A DNA stretch of 32,000 nucleotides from assembly GCA_046497275.1 (NCBI GenBank), contig JAWOFX010000061.1:60001-92000 (forward strand), written 5' to 3'. Made by a program: the position numbers and the translations under genes. How positions within the stretch are numbered: the stretch's first letter is position 1; every line of letters begins with the position of its first letter. Positions 1-7,767 of this stretch are shown piece by piece. The stretch is from Promethearchaeia archaeon. GTDB lineage: Archaea > Asgardarchaeota > Lokiarchaeia > Sigyniarchaeales > SOKP01. The notes beneath the pieces are model-generated. The model did no database searches and had not been told where the DNA came from. It worked only from the letters and a program-made list of their open reading frames with translations.

Positions 1-282
1 AGTAGGAGGGATTGTTCTTGTTAACTTTAAAAACAATGGATATTGAATCTTGATTTTAACCTCCTTTATCGGTGCTCTACTCTCATTTTTAAGCATACAG
101 ACATATTTATATTTACCTAATTGAGGGTTTAACTCAGTATATAGCTTAATTTGATTTTCTTGATCTATATCTTCTGTTTTTTTCGAAATTTTTTCTAATG
201 TTCTGATCTCCGATTTCATATCCCCAAATAGGACTAAATCTTGGAGTTTATTATTTCCATTATCCTTTTCACCGGATTCCAT
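1..282 (-). CDS. Hypothetical protein, N-terminal 94 codons; continues past the left window edge
   Basis: Manual translation from ATG at 282: MESGEKDNGNNKLQDLVLFGDMKSEIRTLEKISKK...LKNESRAPIKEVKIKIQYPLFLKLTRTIPPT, open to base 1. Not in the ORF track because its stop is outside the window. Divergent from 451..1119. Confidence 0.75.
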   Translation of the reverse strand, partial: MESGEKDNGNNKLQDLVLFGDMKSEIRTLEKISKKTEDIDQENQIKLYTELNPQLGKYKYVCMLKNESRAPIKEVKIKIQYPLFLKLTRTIPPT

Positions 283-450
283 TTATTTTACTCGCCGTCT
301 AATTTAGTCAATGATTCAAACTTAAAAAGTTTAAATTCATTTATATTTATCAAATAGAAAGTGAAAAATTTATTAAAAGTTTTGGTTAATTGACGATCAT
401 TTATCATACTTATATATTTTTATTAAAAAGAATTTTATATAAATAGAAAG

Positions 451-1119
451 ATGCTGGAAGAACTAGACGATTTATTTGAAAGCTCAACTATTAGACCCAC
501 TTTTAGTTATGTTCATATCATTTTAGCTTTGTATATTTTCGAAAAACATCCCGAAGGAATTGGACGTTATCGTCTAAAAGAAAACTTATTGATTGGGTCA
601 GGAACAGCGAGGTCATTGATTAATAAATTAAGTGAGGTTGTAGATTTTATAGAAGTCTCTGGAAATAATAAACGAAGAGGACATCTGCTCACAGATAAAG
701 GCTTAAGGTTTCTTAAAATGCTTAAAAAAAAAATTCCCTTATTAGAAGAGGGCAATACAAAAGCTCTAGAAGAAATAATCATTCAAGACAAAAAATTGAA
801 TGCGTATATCTGTCTTATTAAGAATTGTGCTGATAAATTAAATAGCGGGATTGAACAAAGAGATGCAGCGATAAAAGTAAATGGTTCTGGTGCAACATGT
901 CTTATATTTGATGGAAATGATTTAAAGTATCCTAAAAGTCCAAATATACAAAACAATCAAGTAAAAATAGGATATGATCTACAAAAGTATTTCAAATTGA
1001 AAGCAACGGAACATAATACAGAATTAGATAAGGATGATGTTATCATAGTCGGTTTAGGAGATACTTCAGAGAGAGCAAGATTGGCAACCTTAAATTCAGC
1101 ATTAACATTAATAGAATGA
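451..1119 (+). CDS. Winged-helix + DUF4443-family protein (putative transcription regulator)
   Basis: N-terminal wHTH-like pattern (GIGRYRLKENLLIGSGTARSLINKL...RRGHLLTDKG); C-terminal GIEQRDAAIKVNGSGATCLIF motif typical of archaeal DUF4443 proteins. Confidence 0.7.
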   Translation: MLEELDDLFESSTIRPTFSYVHIILALYIFEKHPEGIGRYRLKENLLIGSGTARSLINKLSEVVDFIEVSGNNKRRGHLLTDKGLRFLKMLKKKIPLLEEGNTKALEEIIIQDKKLNAYICLIKNCADKLNSGIEQRDAAIKVNGSGATCLIFDGNDLKYPKSPNIQNNQVKIGYDLQKYFKLKATEHNTELDKDDVIIVGLGDTSERARLATLNSALTLIE

Positions 1120-1141
1120 CAAAATTGAGGTTTTCTTAATA

Positions 1142-1636
1142 TTGAAATTTGAAAAAGATATTATACTTTTTCTCCCGAATAGCATTTTAAAGCAGATGGA
1201 GGATTGTGTGGAAAGTGCTTATCCAAACGAAGCTTGTGGCTTAGCTTTTGGAAAAAGAGAACAAATTAACAATCCAAACGAGAAAAATGATTTTCTCTAC
1301 TATTTTAATATTGAAAGATTCAATTGTATAGACTCAGATAAAAAAAGCCCTATCGCATTTTTAATAGAAAATGTTGAAAAACTTAATCAAATCTATCATG
1401 AAGCCCATCAAAAATTTAATATGAAATTGGTTAGTATTTTTCATTCTCATCCCTCAGGAAATTATCCTAGCGGGGTGGATAGAGAAAATATGGAACGATT
1501 ACAAAATAGTGGGTTAAAATCATTTCAATTTATTATTTGGACGATAATGGATGCTGAAAATAAGGATGTAAAAGGATTTATATTTCTGAATAATGAAATT
1601 AACCAAGTAGAAGTAAAGATAAAAAATTCAAAATAG
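1142..1636 (+). CDS. JAMM/MPN+ (Mov34, M67-type) zinc metalloprotease
   Basis: EACG catalytic Glu plus HSHP-x5-S-x2-D zinc motif (FHSHPSGNYPSGVD); TTG start. Confidence 0.9.
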   Translation: MKFEKDIILFLPNSILKQMEDCVESAYPNEACGLAFGKREQINNPNEKNDFLYYFNIERFNCIDSDKKSPIAFLIENVEKLNQIYHEAHQKFNMKLVSIFHSHPSGNYPSGVDRENMERLQNSGLKSFQFIIWTIMDAENKDVKGFIFLNNEINQVEVKIKNSK

Positions 1637-1643
1637 ATTGTAA

Positions 1644-2285
1644 TTATTCGATTTGTTCGAACCCTTCTTTATCGATAACACAGATTTGAAGATCATAGCC
1701 AGAAGCTATATCACGTTTGCGTGAACTGCTGATTGCATTTTTTATCAATTCAATACCTTCTTGTTTTGTCATATTGGGTTTCCAATCTGCTTCTAATACA
1801 CCTAAAGAGTACGTAGAACCTGATCCGAAGGATAAAAATTTGTCTTCTTCAAATAAAGCACCTAAGAGTTCAATTCCGTATAGTTTTCCGGACTCTTCTT
1901 TAAGAGAGTATCCACCAACTATCATCATAGCCATATAATATGATCGACCAGAAAAGAGGATATTTCGAGTTACATTTGCGATATATTTTGGTTCCGGGAT
2001 TTTCTCTTTCTCTACTTCTCGCAATCTTGATAAAGCTTTAATCTGATTAATTACATATTGAGCGTCCGCAACTCCTCCAGAAATGGTAGCGGCTGTGTAT
2101 TTATTAATCTCAAATAATTTTTGGGCTTGCTTTGACGCAACAGTGTATCCTGCAGTTGCTTGGGATTCGGTTCCGATAACAACTCCATCTTTATAGACTA
2201 GAGCTACGGTTGTGGTGCCAGATTGTACCGCTTTTTTTAGAGTTTCTTCATCTAATTCGTGTATATTAATTTTATCTTCCATCAT
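1644..2285 (-). CDS. psmB: Proteasome beta subunit (Ntn threonine protease) with propeptide
   Basis: Propeptide then SG|TTTVALVYKDGVV; Thr1, Glu17 and Lys33 (ASKQAQK) present in mature numbering; GSG and RDIASG motifs. Confidence 0.96.
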   Translation of the reverse strand: MMEDKINIHELDEETLKKAVQSGTTTVALVYKDGVVIGTESQATAGYTVASKQAQKLFEINKYTAATISGGVADAQYVINQIKALSRLREVEKEKIPEPKYIANVTRNILFSGRSYYMAMMIVGGYSLKEESGKLYGIELLGALFEEDKFLSFGSGSTYSLGVLEADWKPNMTKQEGIELIKNAISSSRKRDIASGYDLQICVIDKEGFEQIE

Positions 2286-2456
2286 ATTTACTATATAAAT
2301 CTACTTTAATTAATAGGTATTTTGTTTTTATTATATAAATAAAATTAAAATAATTAATTAGTTTTTTTGATGCTAATAGGAAGGTAAAACGCAAAAATTT
2401 TAAAGAAATCCAGTATTCATATTCATACAATATAATATTTAAATAGGTTTATTAAA

Positions 2457-2834
2457 TTGGCTCGAAGTCAAGCTCGAAGCAAGAGAAGGTATACCGGAAA
2501 AAAGTATAAGCATTTTCGAAAGAAGAGAAAGAGAGAACTTGAAAGACCCCCAATTGAAACAGAGATTGGAGAGGAAAAAAAGAAGAAACAGAGAACCTTG
2601 GGAGGAAATCATAAATTAAAACTATTTGCAACTTCATTTATCAATATAACCAATCCAAAGAATCATGAAACAAAAAAAGTAAAAATCTTGGGATTTGAAG
2701 AGAATCAAGCTTCTAAAGACTTAAATAGAAGACATATACTCACAAAAGGAGCAGTCGTTAAAACAGAATTAGGAGATGCAAGAATCACAAGTCGACCTGG
2801 CCAAGATGGCCAGCTTAATGGGATTTTAATCTAA
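2457..2834 (+). CDS. rps8e: 30S ribosomal protein S8e
   Basis: RSKRRYTG...RKKRKRELERPP...RTLGGNHK...ILTKGAVVKTELGDARITSRPGQDGQLNG; TTG start with AGGT 8 nt upstream. Confidence 0.97.
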   Translation: MARSQARSKRRYTGKKYKHFRKKRKRELERPPIETEIGEEKKKKQRTLGGNHKLKLFATSFINITNPKNHETKKVKILGFEENQASKDLNRRHILTKGAVVKTELGDARITSRPGQDGQLNGILI

Positions 2835-3007
2835 TTAGAGTTAAGAAGAATTTTCTCCATTCTTAAAGCTTTTCTCATAAATAAGAAAAAATTATCGTTT
2901 TATTTGTTAATTTTATGAGATTTATAATTAGAATTTTAGAAGTTTAATATTGATTAATTATTTATAAAAATGGGATTTAAGAATATAATATCATTAAACT
3001 CAATATT

Positions 3008-3802
3008 ATGGTATCTTTTAGCAAAAAAACAAGAATTTTACAAATTGCTAATATTCTCATTCCAATCATTTGTTTTGCTATTTTAGGAGTACTATCTATA
3101 GGGCAAGGAAATTTTACTGATATTTTTGAATCTGGAGGGGCTGAGAGTCTTATCGATCCAATTGACTTTACATTTGCCATCTGGGGACCTATTTTTTTGT
3201 TTCTTATAATATTTCTGATTTATCAAGCGAGAGGCATACTAAAAAGTTCTGAAGAGAGATCTGAAATGGAATTTGTGGATCAAATAAGCATCTATTTCAT
3301 TCTTTCTACTATTATGACTTCTTTATGGTATATTTTCTGGATATATCAAATAATATGGTTATCTACCCTCTCTATGATTCTCTATCTAGTCTCTCTGGTT
3401 ATCGGATATTTAAGACTTAAAATCAACCTTATAGAACGTTCTAATATTGAAAAAGTAGTTATTTATATTCCGTGGAGTATGTATACAGCATGGATTACAG
3501 CAGCAACAATAGTTTCAATAACAACTTTCTTTGAAAGTATTGGATTCAATAATCCTGTTTTTCTTATATCCGATGCATACTGGGCAATTATTGTCCTATT
3601 AGTAGCTCTTGGTATTTATATTGGAGTTTTATTAACTCGAAATGATTATATTTTTGCTGGAGTAGGGATTTGGGTTCTATTGGGGATACTTTTTCAGCGA
3701 TTAATCTCTCCAGAATTTGTCATAGAAGTAGTTATTACCTCGATAATTGGAATAATAGTCTTATGTGTAGCGATTATTTACGAAGCTGTCAGGAAACACT
3801 AA
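3008..3802 (+). CDS. TspO/MBR-like (tryptophan-rich sensory protein family) multi-pass membrane protein
   Basis: About 8 hydrophobic segments; motifs PIDFTFAIWGPIF and PWSMYTAWITAAT resemble TspO-family P..F.IW and Y..W...AT motifs. Confidence 0.65.
   Translation: MVSFSKKTRILQIANILIPIICFAILGVLSIGQGNFTDIFESGGAESLIDPIDFTFAIWGPIFLFLIIFLIYQARGILKSSEERSEMEFVDQISIYFILSTIMTSLWYIFWIYQIIWLSTLSMILYLVSLVIGYLRLKINLIERSNIEKVVIYIPWSMYTAWITAATIVSITTFFESIGFNNPVFLISDAYWAIIVLLVALGIYIGVLLTRNDYIFAGVGIWVLLGILFQRLISPEFVIEVVITSIIGIIVLCVAIIYEAVRKH
3526..3802. repeat. 277-bp direct repeat, copy A (3' end of the TspO-like gene)
   Basis: Gapless alignment with 4134..4410 at offset 608; 9 mismatches counted by hand. 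Confidence 0.97.
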
Positions 3803-3955
3803 AATCCTAATATCTTTATTTTTTTCTATTTATTTAGAAATCTCAAAAGCAAAATTAAATTTAAAGTGAGAAATCTATATAAATAAAAAATTTTTAAATT
3901 TCATTTGATACATCCATTATATTATAATATGTTTTAAATTGTAAGAGCTAGAAAT

Positions 3956-4410
3956 ATGAGTCCAAGAAAAAAAAAGAAGAAACAAACCCAAATAAAAACA
4001 TGTCTATTATTAATTTTATTATTAGTATCTTCACTCGTTGCTATAATTGTTGCAAGGATATTCCTTCAAGGATAGTCGTAGAGAACAATTAATCCGAAAA
4101 TGATCCAGAGAAATTCACTCTTGGATCTTTATATTTCTTTGAAAGTATTGGATTCAATAATCCTGTTTTTCTTATATCCGATGCATATTGGGCAATTATT
4201 GTCCTATTAGTAGCCCTTGGTATTTATCTTGGAGTTTTATTAACTCGAAATGATTATATTTTTGCTGGAGTAGGGATTTGGGTCCTATTGGGGATACTTT
4301 TTCAGCGATTAATCTCTCCAGAATTTGTCATAGAAGGGGTTATTACCTCGATAATTGGAATAATAGTCTTATGCGTAGCGATTATTTACGAAGCTATCAG
4401 GAAACACTGA
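3956..4410 (+). pseudogene. Chimeric/broken gene: short basic + TM ORF (3956..4075) followed out of frame by the duplicated TspO-like C-terminus
   Basis: 3956..4075 encodes MSPRKKKKKQTQIKTCLLLILLLVSSLVAIIVARIFLQG*. A second frame is open 4093..4410 (SENDPEKFTLGSLYFFESIGFNNP...EAIRKH*) after a TAA at 4090 and has no ATG of its own. Confidence 0.6.
4134..4410. repeat. 277-bp direct repeat, copy B
   Basis: Matches 3526..3802 at 268/277 positions and ends at TGA where copy A has TAA. Confidence 0.97.
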
Positions 4411-4684
4411 AAAATTCATTATTATCCTATTTTTTCTTATTTTTCTAATTCTATTCCTGAATCTTCATTTATACATATAAAAATCAATACTTTGTTGATT
4501 TTATTATTATATTCTTCGACATTTGTCTTTTTCTAATTATTAAGATACAATCTATGTGAAAAAAAATAGTAAATATCATTGAAAATTTTTAAAAAAATAT
4601 AGTTTTTGATCTCTTTCAAATTTTTTTTTTATAAATACCTAAACTGTTTTTCTTTTTAAAAATATATCTAAATGTTTAAAATAT

Positions 4685-7378
4685 ATGAAATTAAAACATT
4701 TTCGGAAGTTCTTAAACCTTAATTTTGGACTTCAAGATATTATTTGCATATTTATTGGTATAATTGTAATTAGTTGTACTCTCTTTAGAGCTCCAAATTA
4801 CTTTATTTATTATTTCTTAGGGATAACATTGATAGTTTCAATAATATTTGAAAACGCGGTTCAAAAACTATTATTATTCAATATACCAATTTTCTATGTT
4901 ATTTCATATTTATTCGGGTTAACCTTAGAGAGTAATTATTTATTAAACATTTTCTCTAATAATTTATCGAACCCAATGTCATTTTTACAGTTATTAACAA
5001 TTTTAGTAATTATTGGTTTGATTATATTCTCAAGTAGCTTTATACCTATTATTTATCTAAAATGGAAGGATGATGAAAAGAAAAAAAGGCATCTATCTAA
5101 TATAATTAATTACACAATAATTATTCTTGGTCTTATCCAGGCAATTTTATTCTCAAAGAGCATTCAAACTGAAACTTTTTCCTTTTTATCCACATTTCCG
5201 GATGATTCTATTTCTATTTTTTTAGTAAATTTGAAATTTTTACTAAATGTCTATATTTCTTTTATGACCTTTTCACTGATATATTATGATTTGAGTGGAC
5301 TTTTTTTTCATCTAATTATCGGAGTTTTTTATTCTATAAATAAAATTAAATTCAAATTAGAAAAAAATCTTAGTAGTAAATCTAGTAATAATTTTAGGAG
5401 TGAATTATTTGATTTGAAAGAACCGAAAGAGGAAATATTCCTTCTGCAAAAAGATTGGGGTTTTTTAAATTGGGATCCACCTGGTACTCAAAATTCACAT
5501 CAAAATGCTATTAAGGCGGCAGCTAAATATTTTAAACAGAAAATTCTTAAAAATTTTAAAAATGAAAAAGACTTATTAATAAAAATTCCCACTACTATCG
5601 AATTAAAAAATAAAGGACATAATGATTTCTTAAATGCTATATATCGCCGAAAGATCTCTTATAATGCTATTTTAGTTGAATGTGGGTTCCAACCCAATCA
5701 AATGAAGGATAAATGGCATCTTTTTGATTGGAATAATAGTGGTAATCCAAGGTCGAAGAAAAAAGCTATAGAGAATGCAAGTAATTTTTTACTTCAAAAT
5801 ATAATGAATGAAAAATTCATAAATGAATTTGATTTAAGGGAACACCAATCTCCAACCCAAAAACAAATAGAAAAATATCATAAAGGTTATCTAAGTGCTA
5901 TTTACAAGAGAGATATAACTCTAACTGATGTTATTAAAATAACAAATCTAAAACATAATAAAAAAATTGGAAGATGGGATATGTTTAATTGGGGTAAAAA
6001 TGACAAACCCAGATCTAAATCTTCCGCATTAAAAAATGCAAGTAATTATTTAATGAATACTTTGTCCAAGATTGATGACTTAAATGAGTGTTTAACTGAA
6101 GAATACCTAAAAGAACTAGGCCATAATGATTTTATAAGTGCAATAGAATCTAGAAAATTATCTTATAATGATATTCTGAGAAAATCAGGATTAAAGACAA
6201 ACATATCAAAAGGAAAATGGAGTTTTCTCAATTGGAGTCAGAAAGGAATTCCTCGAACTAAGAAACAAGCTCTAGAAAATGCGGCAGAATATTTTTTAAA
6301 AAATATTATGAAGAAGAAAATAAAGATAAGTCTAGGATTAGAAGATTATGAAGCTCCTACGCGAGAAGAATTGTTTGACTTAGGATACCAAAAGTTTTTT
6401 TATGCGATCTATAATCAAAAATTGAGTTATAATGATATATTAAGAAAAGCGGGATTAAAGTTAAATCTATCAAAAAGAAAATGGAGTTTTCTCAATTGGA
6501 ATCAGAAAGGAATTCCTCGATCTAAAGAACAAGCTTTACAGAATGCAGCAGAATTTTTAAAAAATAATATTTTAACAAAAAATTTTAAGGAAAATTACAA
6601 TCTTAGTGATTCAGAGGCTCCTGTAACCAGTATAAATGATAAAATATTAAAAAATTTTTTATATAGAGGATTGTATCCAAGGGGTTTAACTTATAACGAA
6701 GTATTAGATATTGCGGGATTTCTTTTACATGAACAAAGTGTTTATGCTAAAATAGGTAGAATGATGCATTGGATTGCTGAACGCATTTTTCTTGAATATA
6801 CTAGAAATAATGGATGTCTTTCATTTTATGAAATTTATCCTAATAAATATGATAAAAAATACAATTCATTCCATTGCGATAATACTGTTTTAGTTAACGA
6901 AAGATTAAAAGATTTTTTTAAAAATCCTACAATATTAGACGAAAACATTAAAATGATTAATATTGATTATTTCTTAGGTGCATCAGAAAAAAGAATAAAA
7001 GCACATTGTCTTAAAGGATACCAAGGAAAATTTAAGTTATTAATTTTAGTCCCAATTAATTTGAAGGCTTCAAAATCACCTCCTATAAAAATTCCATACA
7101 AAAGAAATGTTAAAATAATGTCTCCTCTTGATTTTTCAAGATTTTTTGGATATCAAGAATCCTTCTGTAGTGAGTTTAAACAAATGGTCGAGATTGTTAA
7201 GAAGGCAACTTATAAGAAAAAGTTTCAAAATATTTTAGAGATTCAATCTAAAAAAAGCAGAAAGACAATTATTAGACATTATAATTTTGGACAAATACAG
7301 TTAGAGCAAGAATTAAAGGATTGTATTAACTTATTAAAGTATCATCCAGAAGGCTCCTCATTGGATTTTTATATATAG
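4685..7378 (+). CDS. 897-aa protein: N-terminal multi-TM domain, five ~85-aa tandem repeats, C-terminal putative PD-(D/E)XK-like nuclease domain
   Basis: About 6 hydrophobic segments in aa 1-220; five units starting W-x-F/L/M-x-x-W and ending around S/T-Y-N-x-I/V-L-x3-G (aa ~256-683); C-terminal G..H..AE / YE / CD / IDY / K.YQ pattern. Confidence 0.6.
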   Translation: MKLKHFRKFLNLNFGLQDIICIFIGIIVISCTLFRAPNYFIYYFLGITLIVSIIFENAVQKLLLFNIPIFYVISYLFGLTLESNYLLNIFSNNLSNPMSFLQLLTILVIIGLIIFSSSFIPIIYLKWKDDEKKKRHLSNIINYTIIILGLIQAILFSKSIQTETFSFLSTFPDDSISIFLVNLKFLLNVYISFMTFSLIYYDLSGLFFHLIIGVFYSINKIKFKLEKNLSSKSSNNFRSELFDLKEPKEEIFLLQKDWGFLNWDPPGTQNSHQNAIKAAAKYFKQKILKNFKNEKDLLIKIPTTIELKNKGHNDFLNAIYRRKISYNAILVECGFQPNQMKDKWHLFDWNNSGNPRSKKKAIENASNFLLQNIMNEKFINEFDLREHQSPTQKQIEKYHKGYLSAIYKRDITLTDVIKITNLKHNKKIGRWDMFNWGKNDKPRSKSSALKNASNYLMNTLSKIDDLNECLTEEYLKELGHNDFISAIESRKLSYNDILRKSGLKTNISKGKWSFLNWSQKGIPRTKKQALENAAEYFLKNIMKKKIKISLGLEDYEAPTREELFDLGYQKFFYAIYNQKLSYNDILRKAGLKLNLSKRKWSFLNWNQKGIPRSKEQALQNAAEFLKNNILTKNFKENYNLSDSEAPVTSINDKILKNFLYRGLYPRGLTYNEVLDIAGFLLHEQSVYAKIGRMMHWIAERIFLEYTRNNGCLSFYEIYPNKYDKKYNSFHCDNTVLVNERLKDFFKNPTILDENIKMINIDYFLGASEKRIKAHCLKGYQGKFKLLILVPINLKASKSPPIKIPYKRNVKIMSPLDFSRFFGYQESFCSEFKQMVEIVKKATYKKKFQNILEIQSKKSRKTIIRHYNFGQIQLEQELKDCINLLKYHPEGSSLDFYI
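5450..6733 (+). repeat. Intragenic tandem protein repeat, 5 units of 81-88 codons
   Basis: First Trp codons of the units at 5456, 5714, 5975, 6218 and 6482 (spacing 258, 261, 243, 264 nt); 6204..6261 and 6468..6525 match at 55/58 nt. Confidence 0.93.
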
Positions 7379-7386
7379 TTTGATAA

Positions 7387-7758
7387 TTATTCTTGGATTT
7401 TTATTCGGGACACATTCGCATTTTTTCCTTCCAGTATTTCAGTATCTTTACTTTCACAGTATTTACATTGAAATAATTGGAGTCCAGTAAGTTGTGCCTC
7501 TTCGGTAATAGTTACAATAGATACCTTCCCACATTTCCTACATTTAATTTTTCCCGGTGTCATTTCAATTCTTAATTTGGCACCTTCAGCAATGCTTCCT
7601 GTAGTCGCCATTTTGAATGATTGCCTAAGCAATTCTGGAACAATTAATGTTAATTCGCCTACTTCTAGGTATACTTCTGTAATTTTTTTGGCATTATACT
7701 TTTTGGCAGTTTCTTCTGCAATCTTAAAAATATTGTGAGCAAACGCAAATTCATGCAT
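7387..7758 (-). CDS. hypA: Hydrogenase maturation nickel metallochaperone HypA
   Basis: MHE Ni-binding N-terminus, LEVGELT, and two CxxC pairs (CRKC, CKYC). Confidence 0.95.
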   Translation of the reverse strand: MHEFAFAHNIFKIAEETAKKYNAKKITEVYLEVGELTLIVPELLRQSFKMATTGSIAEGAKLRIEMTPGKIKCRKCGKVSIVTITEEAQLTGLQLFQCKYCESKDTEILEGKNANVSRIKIQE

Positions 7759-7767
7759 AGTTGATGG

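Noticed and set aside
4411-4684. Search for terminal inverted repeats, target-site duplication or a clear promoter around the 897-aa gene
   Set aside because: Only low-complexity A/T runs and several competing TATA-like stretches were found; none can be singled out.
5450-6733. Regularly spaced ~260-nt repeats considered as a CRISPR-like or non-coding array
   Set aside because: They lie in frame inside a long ORF, diverge mainly at the protein level and lack a short repeat-spacer structure; no cas genes are present.
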